Assembly (NCBI RefSeq): GCF_963921235.1 | Contig: NC_086108.1 | Location: 80,912,001 to 80,976,000, forward strand | Direction of reading: 5' to 3' | Origin: Mobula hypostoma | Lineage: Eukaryota | DNA length: 64,000 nucleotides | In this document: positions 51,180 to 63,567 of the stretch, in pieces | How the letters are laid out: each line of letters starts with the position of its first letter | Position numbering within the stretch: the first letter of the stretch is position 1 | The notes under the pieces: generated by a model | The model's database searches: none | What the model was told of the DNA's origin: nothing | What the model saw: only the letters and a program-made list of their open reading frames with translations | Translations under genes and position numbers: made by a program

Positions 51180-53750
51180 GGAGATCAGTACTGAGTGTGT
51201 AAGTATGTTGGGTGTTAAGAGGTCAAGAAGGAGGAAGCGTTGGGCCTCCGAGTGAGTATCAAGATGGTTAAGTCCCCAGGGCCTGCTGAGATTTACCACA
51301 GGTTATTGAAGGAGGCAAGAGGCAAGATTGCTGTGCCCTTGACCAGTGTCTTTGTGACCTCTCTAGCCACAGGTGAGGTCCTGGGGAACTGGCAAGTAGC
51401 TAATGCCTCTTATTCAAGAAGGGAACAAGGGAAAATCCTGGGAGCTCTAGACCGGTGAGCCTCACATCAGTTGTAGAGAAATTGCTAGAGAAAATTCTGA
51501 GGGATAGGATATATGAGCATTTGGAAACCCATGGTCTAATTAGGAAGAGCTAGCATGGCAGGGCAGGCAAAAAACTTGATTGAGTTTTTTGACAAGGTGG
51601 CAAGAGAGATTGATGAGGGTAGGGTAGTGGATGTTGTCTATATGGATTTTAGTAAAGTGTTTGACGAAGTCCCTCATGGGAGGCTAATCCAGAAGATTAA
51701 GATGCACAGGATCTGCGGTGAGTTGTCTGTTTGGATGCAGAACTGGCTTGCACATAGAAGGCAGAGAGTAGTGGTTGAAGGGACTTATTCGAGTTGGAGG
51801 TCGGTAATTAGTGATGTTCCACAGGGAACTCTGCTCGGATCTCTGCTGTTTGTGATGTACATAAATGACCTGGATGAAAATGTAGATGGGTGGGTTAGCA
51901 AATTTGCAGATGATACGATTGGTGGAGTTGTGGATCATGTAGAGGACTGGCAAAGAATGCAGCGCAATATTGATCAGCTGCAGATATGGGCTGAGAAATG
52001 GCAGATGAAGTTTAACCCAAATAAATGTGAGGTGTTGCACCTTGGTAGGGAAAATGCAAGGAGACAATACACTGTTAAGGGCAATGTTGTTGACAGAGAG
52101 ATCTTGGGATCCAAGTTCTTATCTCCATGAAAGTGGCTACACAGGTTGATAGGGTGGTTCAGCAAACTTAGGCAATGTTTGCAGTTATTAACCGAGGCAT
52201 TGAGTTCAAAAGTCAAGTGGTTAAGTTGCAATTTTATAAAACTCTGGTTAGGCCACATCAGGAGTATTGCATGGAGTTCTGGTCGCCTTACTATAGATGG
52301 ATTTTGAGGCCCTGGAGCGGGTACAAAAGAGGTTTACCAGGATGCGGCCTGGTTTAGAAGGCTTGTGCTATCATGAGAGGCTAGACAAATCTGGGTTGTT
52401 TTCTTTGGAGAGGCTATGGGGAGATCTGATCGAGGTTTATAAGATTATGAAAGGCATAGACAGAGTAGGCAGGGAGTATCCATTTCCCCAGGGTAGAAAT
52501 ATCTAATTCCGGAGGACATGCATTGGTGAGGGGGGTAGGTTCAAAGAGGATGTGAGGGGTAAGTTTTTTTACTGAGAGAGTAGTAAATGCCTGGAATATG
52601 CTGCCTAGTATGGCGGTAGAGGCAAATACGTTGGAGGCTTTTATGAGACATTTAGATAGGCCATGTGTTACGTACCCCGTGACAGGGATAAAGAAACCAG
52701 CAGAAATAGAAACCACTTTGGAGTCCAGTATTGCTATAAACTACTAATATTTATTAGTAACTATGCAATACAGTAAATATCAATGTAAATAAATCAAACA
52801 GGTTAGCAATGATTTTATATATATAGTTACGCAAATCAGTAAGTGTGGAATATATATGTATGAAAACCAAGCTTCTTTAAGTCTAGGGGTAAAAAGATAC
52901 AGGCTTACGATGTTGAGTAAAGTTCAGTTCAATTCAGTTCGTGGTATGTAGTTGAGTAGTGATGGAGAGAGAGAGAGAGAGAGTGAGTTGAGTCTTCAGG
53001 TGAGCTGATGCCGTCGATCTCCTCACCGTCCTCCGAAATCCTTTACAAGTCACCGACTGTGACTTTAACCAGGAGGACCAGTTTTCCTGTGGTGGAGCTA
53101 TCACCCCGGCAAGGGTGGACACGTAGACAACTTCCCACCAGTCAACCCCTTCTCCTTCACTGGAATAGCAATTTGGATCGATCCACCTAATTGATCCTCC
53201 AAAACCCACTTTCCCTGCGGGCACAACAATGCTCATTCTGTGTCCAGATCATGTGTCTGAGGTCTGTATCATCTGACCTCCCATTTATTTCACCAGGCTG
53301 ACCATCACCTGTCATTCGAAGAGTCCCTCCTTCCTTTGTCTGTAAAGAAATGCGGGCAGGCAACAAGTCCTTGGAAGTAACATCAATAATGTCCTGTTGG
53401 TCACCATAGCAACTTCCGAGCTGCTCAGTGCTGTCTCCAACTCCAAACTCAGTGAAAATCCAAAGTTACTTCCAATGCCTTAAAGTGACAGTCCAACCGT
53501 TGATCTTCATCTCTCTCTCTCTTTTAAAAAGCAACATATCGGTGGTAAATAACTCTCTCTCTGTCTCTCTTCAAACAGTTAATAGGGGCACTCCTGGATC
53601 CCCTCACACATAAATGTGAGGAAGATGGAAGGATATGGATATACTGTAGGCAGGAGGGATTTCTTTTTTTGGGTTTTTAAAATTTACTTTTTAGCTGGTT
53701 TGGCACAACATTGTGGGCTGAAGGGCCTGTTCTTGTACTGTACTGTTCTA
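51180..53750 (+). mobile_element. CR1 LINE ORF2 3' half, interrupted by a solo LTR
   Basis: VDVVYMDFSKVFD, VPQGTLLG, KFADDT and WQMKFNPNKCEVLH. The sequence resumes at 53609 with the CR1 tail. Confidence 0.9.
52666..53608 (-). mobile_element. Solo LTR related to the Gypsy LTR at 5610
   Basis: Minus strand starts TGTGAG and ends TTTCTGCTGGTTTC...ACGGGGTACGTAACA. Flanks CATG and CATA form a 4-bp TSD with one mismatch. Confidence 0.8.
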
Positions 53751-53989
53751 TGTTTATTTGGTCATTTTGTGGAAGTTGTGAGTGAAAATTTTAGTTTGTC
53801 TTTGGATTTACAGAGTTACAATGCTTATGTAGGCACTTCATCAGCTGTAAAGCATTTTTGGATGTTCTGAAGTTGTGAAATTAGAAGTTTTACAGGACAA
53901 ACCAAGCCAGAATGCAAATCAGAACCAGAACTAGATTTAACTAGATTGTTTTCAAGCACCATCTGCCTTTTACATCAAAAACACAATCC

Positions 53990-55443
53990 ATTTTTAATCT
54001 GTCCCTGGCCCAGGCAGTTGTCCCCACAAGCTTCAAGATCACCACCGTCATGCCAGTGCTGAAGCATTACACTGCCATGGGCCTGAATGACTTCCGTCCA
54101 GTTGCACTCACCCCTGTCATTGCAAAGTGCTTTGAGAGACTGGTTCTATCACATCTGAAATCCTGTCTGCCCACTACCCTGGACCCCCATCAATTTGCCT
54201 ATCGCACCAAAAGGTCAACAGAGGATGCCACCTCCATGGCACTTCACACTGCCCTGACCCACCTGGACAGCCCCAACTCTTACGTCAGAATGTTGTTCAT
54301 TGACTTTAGTTCGGCATTCAATACTGTGATCCCCTCCAAGCTGATCACCAAACTTTGCCAGCTTGGTATCAGCTCATCCCTCTGCAATTGGACCTTGGAC
54401 TTTCTGACTAACAGACCCCAATCAGTTAAGTTAGACTACCTCTCCTCCTCCACTCTCATCCTTAACACCGGCGTGCCTCAAGGCTGTGTGCTGAGCCCTC
54501 TTCTGTACTCCCTTTTCACCTATGACCACATTCCTGTACATGGTTCTAACTCTATAATCAAGTTCGCAGATGACACCACGGTGGTTGGTCTGATCAGAGG
54601 GGATGATGAGACGGCCTACAGGGATGAGGTTCAGCACCTGGCCGCGTGGTGTGCCGACAACAATCTGGCCCTTAACACCCAGAAGACCAAGGAGATCATT
54701 GTGGACTTCAGGCATGCTAGGAGTCACACTCACGTCCCCATCTACATCTAACGGAACTGTAGTGGAGCGTGTATCAAGCTTCAAATTCCTTGGTGTCCAC
54801 ATTTTCAAGGATCTCACCTGATCCCTGAACTCCTCCATCCTGATCAAAAAGGCGCAACAGTGCCTTTATTTCCTGCGGAGCATCAGGAAAGCTCACCTCC
54901 GTCCCAGGATACTGACGGACTTTTACCACTGTACCATTGAGAGCATACTCACCAACTGCATCTCAGTGTGGTATGGCAATTATCCTGTATCGGACTGCAA
55001 AGCACTCCAGCGTGTGGTGAAAACTGCCCAGCGGATTAACAGCACCCAATTGCCCACCATTGAGAACATCTACCATAAACGCTGCCCGGGCAGGGCGAAA
55101 AGCATTATCAGGGATGCATCTTACCCTAACCATGGACTTTTTACTCTCCTCCCATCTGGTAGGCACTACAGGAGCCTCCGCTCCCGCACCAGCAGGCACG
55201 GGAAGTGCTTCTTCCCTGAGGCTGTGACACTGCTGAACCTCTCATCACAGCGCTAAGCAGTATTGTACCCATATTGTACTGTCTCAGTACTTTTATATTT
55301 GTGTGCTGTAGCACTTTTTTTATTCGCAGTTATTTTGTAAATAACACTATTCTCTGCATTTCTGGTCAGATGCTAAATGCATTTCATTGGCTTTGTATCT
55401 GTACTCGGCACAATGACAATAAAGTTGAATCTAGTCTAATCTA
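53990..55443 (+). mobile_element. Rex1/Babar-type LINE, 5'-truncated and fairly intact
   Basis: [53 protein letters not shown] and FTLLPSGRHYRS, with a (TCTAA)n-type tail. Confidence 0.92.
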
Positions 55444-56803
55444 TTGCAGAAGTTTAAATTCATTGTTTTCTCAGGGTGCTATAGTAGGAAGAAAGGGAGG
55501 ATTAGACACATTATTCTTCATTTTACATTTTTTAAAATGGGATATTATTAACAAAGGCAGGAGTAAAAAACTCTGAAGGTTTGTGGAGGTGGTATTTGTA
55601 CTGAAAAAGGGATTGGGCAGAGAACCACGGGCGACTTGGAGGGAATTTCAATGCACATTTGAATCAAACTATGTATACAATATACAACCTTGAGATCCTT
55701 CTCAATGCAGGCAGCCACAGAACAAAGAAACCCAAAAGTACCCATAAAAAAGGCCATCAAACACCCAATATACAGAGACAAATAAAAAACAAATTGTGCA
55801 AATAATGAAACTAAGCCAATAACATTGAGAACTAAAGTGAATCCATAGACATGAAGCTGGGAGTTGACAGAGCAGTCTACAGCCTTGGCCTCAGTTCAGC
55901 ACAGAGCCAAGTAAACATCATTTAGCTTTCAGACGCGGAGCTTGGAGAAGCTGAAGCAGGCCACAGCCTCAACCTCAGTTTAACGCGAGGCTGAGTAAAT
56001 GGAGAAAAACTACTCTTGAAGCCTGTTGATTGAGAGACAATGCTTATGGGGCAGTAGTTGTTACAAAGCATTGGTTGCTAAATTCAGTGAATTCCTAAAC
56101 ACTTGTATCCTCTTTCATCCTCTCAATAGCATCTGTTACTCTAGCTTGACTGATTGACTGAATCTGTCCAAAGTCCTAAATTCCCCTCCAAACCAAGGCT
56201 GGAACCAAGTTTTTGCACTATTCAGCATGTCACACCTGCCTCAGATCCTGTTTTAACTTCATGACCTCCTCTAAACTGTATTTTGACATTTTTTCCCTTG
56301 CCCTTCTAGCTGCAGGTTACATTTGGTTGTTTTGCTAACTGAACTTTATTAAATAATTGTGTCTGATGATAGACTACAGCTGCAGGATGACTGAAAATTC
56401 ATGTATGTACGTGTTGTGGAAATGTACTTGTAGTAACAACATAGTATTTTTGTCTGTAATAAAATAGAACTTGTATTGTACCAGAACACTTTGCTAAAAT
56501 TGTTTGTGCAACATTATGCCGATGGAGCTTGAATATATGACAAACTGCAGAAAGACAAGCAGATGCATTACGGGAAGAATGCCAAGGACAGTGATTAAGC
56601 AGACGTATAGAATGTCCTTGAACTGAATCTAACATTTGGGTATTAAGGAGTGATTATGTCGTTTGTTTTTTCAAAGCTATCACCGGCTCTTGTGCGGTAG
56701 TAGCCTTCCCTTGCAGCACATAAAATAAATGTGCTTATGACTGATCCTCTCTGTGTTATTGTTGTTTGTTATAAGATGTAGCTAAAAGGTGCTTGTCAGG
56801 ATT

Positions 56804-56821
56804 TGGAGGTCCCACCGAGAT
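56804..56821 (+). promoter_or_regulatory. tRNA-Gln primer binding site
   Basis: 18-mer complementary to the vertebrate tRNA-Gln 3' end (ATCTCGGTGGGACCTCCA). Confidence 0.88.
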
Positions 56822-58689
56822 CTCGTGTTTAGGTGTGGGAGCAGACACAGGGATTCTGGTGACTGTCTGCTCCTGGGGATAATCCAGTGGGGGAGTGATC
56901 ACCAAAAAGTAAATTTGCTCTTTTGTCTTTATGGCCTTTCCAGGTGAGCAGCAAACACTGGTTTCTGCCCTGCTCCTGTTCTATACACTGCGATCTATGC
57001 TACTGTCTATTGAGTGGATCAGTTTCTCTCTCCGTGATTCCGAAGCTTTCGGCATGTCAAACAGGAACACACGGTATGGGCATCAGTGATTAGATTCGAG
57101 CAGTAAGGGTGTCAGGAATACGTATGGCGTCAGAGACGCACCACATTTGACCAGTACATGTGTCAGGAACATTTATGGCATCAGGGAACCACCAAGTTTG
57201 AACATTAAAATTGTTTGTACATCTGGTGCCAGGGATACACCAGTACCGGTAAAAAGAGTGAGTAAAAGTGGGTTTGTGGAATCTGAGTTCATAAGTTCAA
57301 TCCTTACAGGATGCTTTAGTGAAAAAAAGAAAAAGAAAATATGGTAAGTAGAATGAGAGACTAGACTCTTCTTGTTTCGTGGGTGTCTGTGAAGAGCAAG
57401 AATTTTAGGTTGTGTACTGTAAACAGTCTCTTGATATTAAATGGAGCCATTGAACCATTGAAATTAGTAATAATGAGACAAGGGCAGACTTTCCCTGTCT
57501 CAAATACACCAGCATGGTATATGTTTAATAATTATGGGAAAGGATCGGTGCAAGAATAACAGGTGGGGAGTCAAGGGGCATATCAATATTAGATGGCAGA
57601 GTTATGGGCCGTGGTAGAAGAAATTTCTGACCCAGAGATGGGTTTGAAAAAGCTATTCAGAAACTTAAAACTATAGTTTTGTTTCATTAATCTAGTTTTA
57701 TAAATTTGGGAACCTCAGTGAGGACATGGTTAGCCCCAGATTCGAATTATATGAGGTTAAATTTCAGTGGTTTCAAGAAGACCGTAACAGTGCCAGGCCA
57801 TAACCTGCTGTCATGCAAAATGAAGATTTTAATAAAAATATGTACAATGCATTGAATACTGCCTTTCTTAAAAGGCTAATTAGTCTAAGATTATGGAAAC
57901 AACAAGGTAGCAGTGAGTTTGTTGGAAAATATACACAGAAGATAGTACAGAAAATGGAACAATATTCAGGATTGCCAAAAGAGCAGGCCCTTGGTTGTAC
58001 AATTAGTACTATTGAAAATGGTCTTTTGCCCAAACCCAAATTACATTGTCTTTCCCAACAAAACATCAGCTTATTAATGTTCCAAAATCAGACCTGGTGG
58101 AGATTAGCATAGGAGGCCAGGATTTGTATTATACCTTTCTACTTTCTCTGGATATGCCTGTAAACTTATGTGGAAGAGATTTATTGTGTAAAATGTGAAC
58201 TATTATTACCTGCACACCTGAGGGACTGAATTTTGTATAGCAGGGAGCCATTGTAGACTACTGTATACTATTTCAGTAGCAGTTAATCTATTTTGTATAA
58301 GTGGCACTCACTACCCACTTATAGAAGAGTTTGGAATATTTTTATGTAAGTGCCTTGAAAGCCTCCAGAGATTGTTCTAGATTCTGCTTAGATCTACACC
58401 ACTGTTATCTTCATTGAACAGCTTATTTTAACTTGGCTGGAAATCTTTCCCTGAAGGCTGAAGGCAGGATTGATAGATCATATAAATCAAAAATAGCATG
58501 CCTGTGGTTTATCAAAAGCTGAAAATCAAGTTTGGGAACAATATATGAGATGTATTTTTGCAAAATCCAGGGAAACTATTGAAGGTGGAAGGATCTCATG
58601 CACTACCCTCTGATGGACCATTTGTCATTATTGTATTGGTCATTATTAATATTTTTCATGATAGGCTGAAGCATTTCCTTGTAGAAAGA

Positions 58690-59100
58690 ATGACTCAGTT
58701 ATAGTAGCTAACTTCCCCGAGATGTTGGGGTGGAGATATGTCTCCACAAAAGGAAGCGTAAGGCACTCCTTCCCTCTGCTAGCCTGCAGGTCAGCCTTGG
58801 GCAAGATGTAGCATCTGTTTAGCCCCTGATCAGGGTCATGTGAAACCATGGGAACAGGTGGTGGGTGCTCATATGATGAGCAGGTGCATATCACAAGTCC
58901 TGGTTATGTGACCACTGACGCCAGGCAGACAATCTCTGAAGTGTATTGATAATAGCTGGGGTCACCCATCTTGTAAAGACACTGCCCAGAAGAAGGCAAT
59001 GGCAAACCACTTCTGTAGAAAAAATTGCCAAGAACAATCATGGTCGTGGAAAGACTATGATTGCCTACGTCATATATCATGGCACATAATGACAAACGAA
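58690..59100 (+). mobile_element. RTE-related SINE inserted in the ERV integrase
   Basis: GAAGAAGGCAATGGCAAACCACT, a motif typical of RTE LINE and SINE ends; it interrupts the integrase peptide. Confidence 0.5.
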
Positions 59101-59214
59101 TAAGTATGTGAGACCTTACAGATTGACCAATATTTCCATTGTAGCTACCATCATCAGTTGGTAGGCTTATTAGAAAGGATGAATGGAATGGTTAAAAACA
59201 AACTTAGTAAAATG

Positions 59215-60555
59215 TGTGAGCGGTTATGTACCCTTAGGGTTCATATTTTCTGTGGACTGTCTTTTGGACACTGTCTGAGGTGCTCCGGGGGGGGGGGAGA
59301 GACAAAACCTGCCTTCCAGATGGTGTTTATACGAACTCTAAATCATGTTTACACTTACACAAGGACGCTGCCTGCTTGTGAGTTCCTACAGAGAGGTGGA
59401 GTTGTTTGATGGACAATCGATGTTATGGTTTCTCTGCAGCTTATTTTGAATATACAAGGATAGTTACAGACACCGAGAAACACATGCCCAGCGTCAAGAT
59501 GGATTTGATCAATGTAAGACACCAGTGAGTGTGGTCCTGGTTTAAACTTTCAGTAGCTCAAAAGGGGTGAGTTTCTGCAACTAGAACAAATTTGCAGGAA
59601 GAGAAGAGAGGAGGGATAGGTTTGAAACAGAAGAAACGTAGTGGCAAAGAGGTCACAGTTTGGACTCTCTATCTAAGTAGCCCGTAAGGGTGAGTTTGAG
59701 TTCCATTCGAATAGGAAGGTGTGACTGTCACGTAGTTAATGCACAGGAGTGGGTTCTCTGGTGAGGGGAGTACCTTTGTGAATACCACTTGTGTGTTACC
59801 CTTGTTTGGGTGTGGTAGTTCACTGAAGAAAGGCACCCCTGTGGCAAATCACTGTTGGAGTTATTTCATATGTCGTGGTACTGGACATGTGGCAATCACA
59901 TTTGTGTGTTTGGGTAACCTTGTGTGGAAACTACCTGTGTGTGATAATCCTTGCCTGGGTTGGTAGTTTTGCCACGTGAAGATGGTACCTCAGTGATAGA
60001 CTACTGTTGGTGATAATCCATACGTGGATTCTGTCTGAGTATCCTGTGGCCACCACTTTGGGATGACCCATAGCTGAATTCGGTTGTGGTACCACTTGTG
60101 TTGAAAGGATATTCACCGAAGATCACTTGGTGATATTTTGTGTGTGGAGTGGAACAACTTAGCAGATAAAACCTACTACTATTGTTATCTGCTATTGCTG
60201 TCGTGGAATCTGTGGAATATCGACGTATTGCCTTCTCACAACATTTGCCTTTTGGATTACAAATATCTCTCTCTCCCCTCAATTCTACTCAACTAAATAC
60301 TGTATCACGAACGGAACTGACTTCACTTACCTGCTATTGTAACACTGTATCCATTTACCTCCTAAGCTTGAAGAAGTTTGGGTTCTATATTTACTCACCT
60401 GTATAAGCAAAAGTTCTGCTGACCTGTTTGATTTATCTGGTTTTATAGTATTATTACGTAGTCACTAATAAACTAGCTTTATGTTAACAGCAATACCAGA
60501 CTCCAGGTGTTTTCCATTTCTGCTGGTTCTTTAACCTGTTACGGGGTACATAACA
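59215..60555 (+). mobile_element. Long solo LTR related to the Gypsy LTR at 5610
   Basis: Starts TGTGAG, contains AATAAA, and ends CCAGACTCCA...TCCATTTCTGCTGGTT...GTTACGGGGTACATAACA. No matching TSD. Confidence 0.75.
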
Positions 60556-60844
60556 GCAATTGAAAGTTAACGAGGTGAAGTCTTTCACTTACCAAAAGAA
60601 ATGCCAAACATGCGATAAACTACAAAAATAACATGTTAGAGAGTGAAAAGTCTAAAGACCAAATCTTTGCATTAGCTGAACGAGCGAAAGATCACTGTAG
60701 TTCCATTGATGTGCATTGTATGTAATTTCAAAGCAAACTAGACAAAATGTTAAAACGCAGCTGTGACTTCAAGTGGGCAGTTCTGCTGGTAATATTAATA
60801 GTGATGCTACTGCCCTGGGAAATACCTAGTTCTGAAGTTTAAGG

Positions 60845-62396
60845 CAGCGGTCCCCAACCACCGGGCCACAAAGGATGTGCTACCGGGCCGTGAGGAAACG
60901 ATATGAGTCAGCTGCACCTTTCCTCCTTCTCTGTCGTAGCCACTCTTGAGCTTGAACGCACGCGAGGTCATTATGCACGCGTCATCCATGTCAACGCGGG
61001 AAGGAGATCAACTCCTCGAGCTTGCAAATAACGGCGGACTGAAAAGTGTGTTTGACATTAACATCTCTGCCGGCATTCTGGATCAAAGTCAAGGCTAAAT
61101 ATCCTGAGATAGCCACGAAAGCACTGAAAACGTTGCTTCCACTTCCAACATACCGCTGCGAAGCGGGGTTTTCTGCAATGAATGCAACAAAAACTAAATT
61201 GCGTAACAGACTGGACATAAGGAACCCCCTTCGAGTATCGCTGTCTCCCATCACACCTCAATGGGACCGTCTTGTTGCAGGGAAACAAGCCCAGGGCTCC
61301 CACTGATTCAGCAATATTGGTGTGTTGCAATGATTTTATATATTCATACAGGGAAAATATGTGCTGTGTGTTTAATATCCAAACGTTACTTAAAATGTTA
61401 TGATGTTATTGACTTATTTATATAACCATATAACAATTACAGGATGAAAACAGGCCATCTCGGCCCTTCTAGTCCGTGCCGAACGCTACTCTCACCTAGT
61501 CCCACCGCCCTGCACTCAGCCCATAACCTTCCATTCCTTTCCTGTCCATATACCCATCCAATTTTTCTTTAAATGATAATATCGAACCTGCCTCTACCAC
61601 TTCTACTGGAAGTTCATTCAACACTTACTTCAAGCTCCCCTGTCCTCTGCTGATAATTGACATCACTATATTCATGTGAGGAAAATATGCGGTGTGTTTA
61701 ATATTAAATTCGTTAGATAAACCCTTTTAAAAACGAAATTGAGTGTATTAGCCATTCACCGATATTCCGGTCGTGATTAACACCCCCCCCCCAAACAGAA
61801 TCGCCAAAAATGATTTGTAGAAAAAAAATCGGCACGTGCACGCATGCACACTGGTACCCATGCAAGGCTTCATGGGCATTGTAGTCTTTCTCGGGGTAAA
61901 CACAATGTATTTGACCATTAACACGAGGAATTCTGCAGATGCTGGAAATTCAAGCGACACACATCAAAATTGCTGGTGAACGCAGCAGGCCAGGCAGCAT
62001 CTCTAGGAAGAGGTACAGTCGATGTTATGGGCCGAGACCCTTCGTCAGGACTTCCCGTCCCATGACCCTCTCATATCCCTTTTGCCAATCAACTGTCCAG
62101 CTCTTGGCTCCATCCCTCCCCCTCCTGTCTTCTCCGATCATTTTGGTTCTCCCTCTCCCCCTCCCACTTTCAAATCTCTTACTAGCTCTTCCTTCAGATA
62201 GTCCTGACGAAGGGTCTCGGCCTGAAACGTCAACTGTACCTCTTCCTAGAGATGCTGCCTGGCCTGCTGCGTTCACCGGTATTTGATTGCTACTCTTGTC
62301 CGTTGGCAACCCCCCCACCCCTCCAGGTCCACCGGTCCACAAGAATATTGTCAATATTAAACCGGTCCGAGGTGCAAAAAAGGTTGGGGACCCCTG
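60845..62396 (+). mobile_element. Non-autonomous hAT (Charlie-type) transposon with transposase C-terminal remnant
   Basis: TIRs CAGCGGTCCCCAACC and GGTTGGGGACCCCTG, perfect 8-bp TSD GTTTAAGG, and dimerization-domain peptide FWIKVKAKYPEIATKALK...CEAGFSAM...KLRNRLD (61046-61306). Carries CR1 and Penelope fragments. Confidence 0.92.
61921..62280. mobile_element. Penelope-like terminal fragments in inverted orientation, each with a hammerhead motif
   Basis: About 80-bp inverted repeat (61975-62052 versus 62200-62278). Best hammerhead copy: AGTCCTGACGAAGGGTCTCGGCCTGAAACGTCAACT at 62200-62235. Confidence 0.7.
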
Positions 62397-62639
62397 GTTT
62401 AAGGAATTACAGCTCACATCGAAAAGTCTTCCCGTACAGTGCCATCATTCGAACTCAGGAGAATTACAGGAGTCCGGGAACAGTGACACCATTTGAACCC
62501 CCAAGGAAGGATTCACATGACATGGACCCTAGCGACTCACGAGAATGACAGTGATGAAAGAAAAAGATTTAGAGCTATGTCAGATGAAACTATTGCTAAT
62601 TAATATATTGACAAGTTGGTGGCAAATCATTCAACTATT

Positions 62640-63230
62640 TCTCAACAATCTGCTGAAGGGCAAGAAGTGCTTAGAGAATCCTGTAACTCTTAATGAAGAC
62701 CAGATGAAATCATTTCAAACTTTAAAGGTGACATTATGGTGACTGGTGCTCTTCCTGCTTTTCTGTCTTCCGCTGTTCTGTCCTCTCCTATTGGATTTCC
62801 CCTTCTCCAGCCCTTTTATCTTTTTCACCAATCGACTTCCCAGCTCTTTACTTCACCCCCAGTTTCACCTATCACCTTGTATTTCTTCCGCTCCTCCCCC
62901 CCTTCTTACTCTGATTTCTCAACCTTTTTCCCCCAGCCCTGACAACAGGTCTTAGCTCAAAACCTCAACTGTTTACTCTTTTCCATAGATGCTGCTTGGC
63001 TTGCTGAGTTCCTCCAGCATTTGTGTATGTGTGTGTGTGTGTGTGTTACCTAGATTTCCAGCATCTGCAGATTTTCTTGTGAAGGTGACATTGTGTACTG
63101 AACATGCATTAAGAATCCCTAAAACAGCTGGACAATTCCCCTGTATGTCAATGAGAAACAGACGATAGCAGTCTTAATTCAAGAACATGGAGACTGAAAG
63201 CATCCTGTTGGCTATTACTGTGCCAAAGAT
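62640..63230 (+). pseudogene. pol: ERV pol RT-connection remnant, split by a Penelope-type insert with 11-bp TSD
   Basis: LNNLLKGKK...NEDQMKSFQTLKVTL joins CTEHALRIPKTAGQFPLYVNEK...AVLIQEHGD*KHPVGYY. AAGGTGACATT is duplicated at 62725-62735 and 63082-63092. Confidence 0.7.
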
Positions 63231-63567
63231 TTTATTCTATATGGCAAAGAGGGATTCAAATGGTTGTTTCTGGAACCCAAGTGCTGGCATCAGAGTATAT
63301 GTACAGAACTGATAAATTTCAGTCCTTCCCGTCTGCTGAGTCTCATTGGTTATCCGGTTACTGGGCTGCCAGGCATGTCCCATGTATGAGGGGATTGTGG
63401 AGAGAGCCGTGGTCCTGGAAGGCCCCACATGCGACGTGGCATTACTACCTTACCACTCACTGGTGACGGTACCAGGTCCATAACGGATGTCGAGATATTC
63501 TGGATGATTGCTTTTCCAGGATATGAGATTGTATCAGCTCTGGAGAAAATAGCAAATGAAACCACAT

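Larger units (their letters stand above)
56412..59214 (+). mobile_element. Degraded endogenous retrovirus (class I, epsilon/gamma-like): LTR, PBS-Gln, leader, gag and integrase remnants
   Basis: Putative LTR at about 56412-56798 with AATAAA at 56724, PBS TGGAGGTCCCACCGAGAT at 56804-56821, and donor CAG|GTGAGC at 56941. Gag-like QGSSEFVGKY...YSGL...NGLLP; integrase NPGKLLKVE...DGPF and FHCSYHHQLVGLLERMNGMVKNKLSK. Confidence 0.75.
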
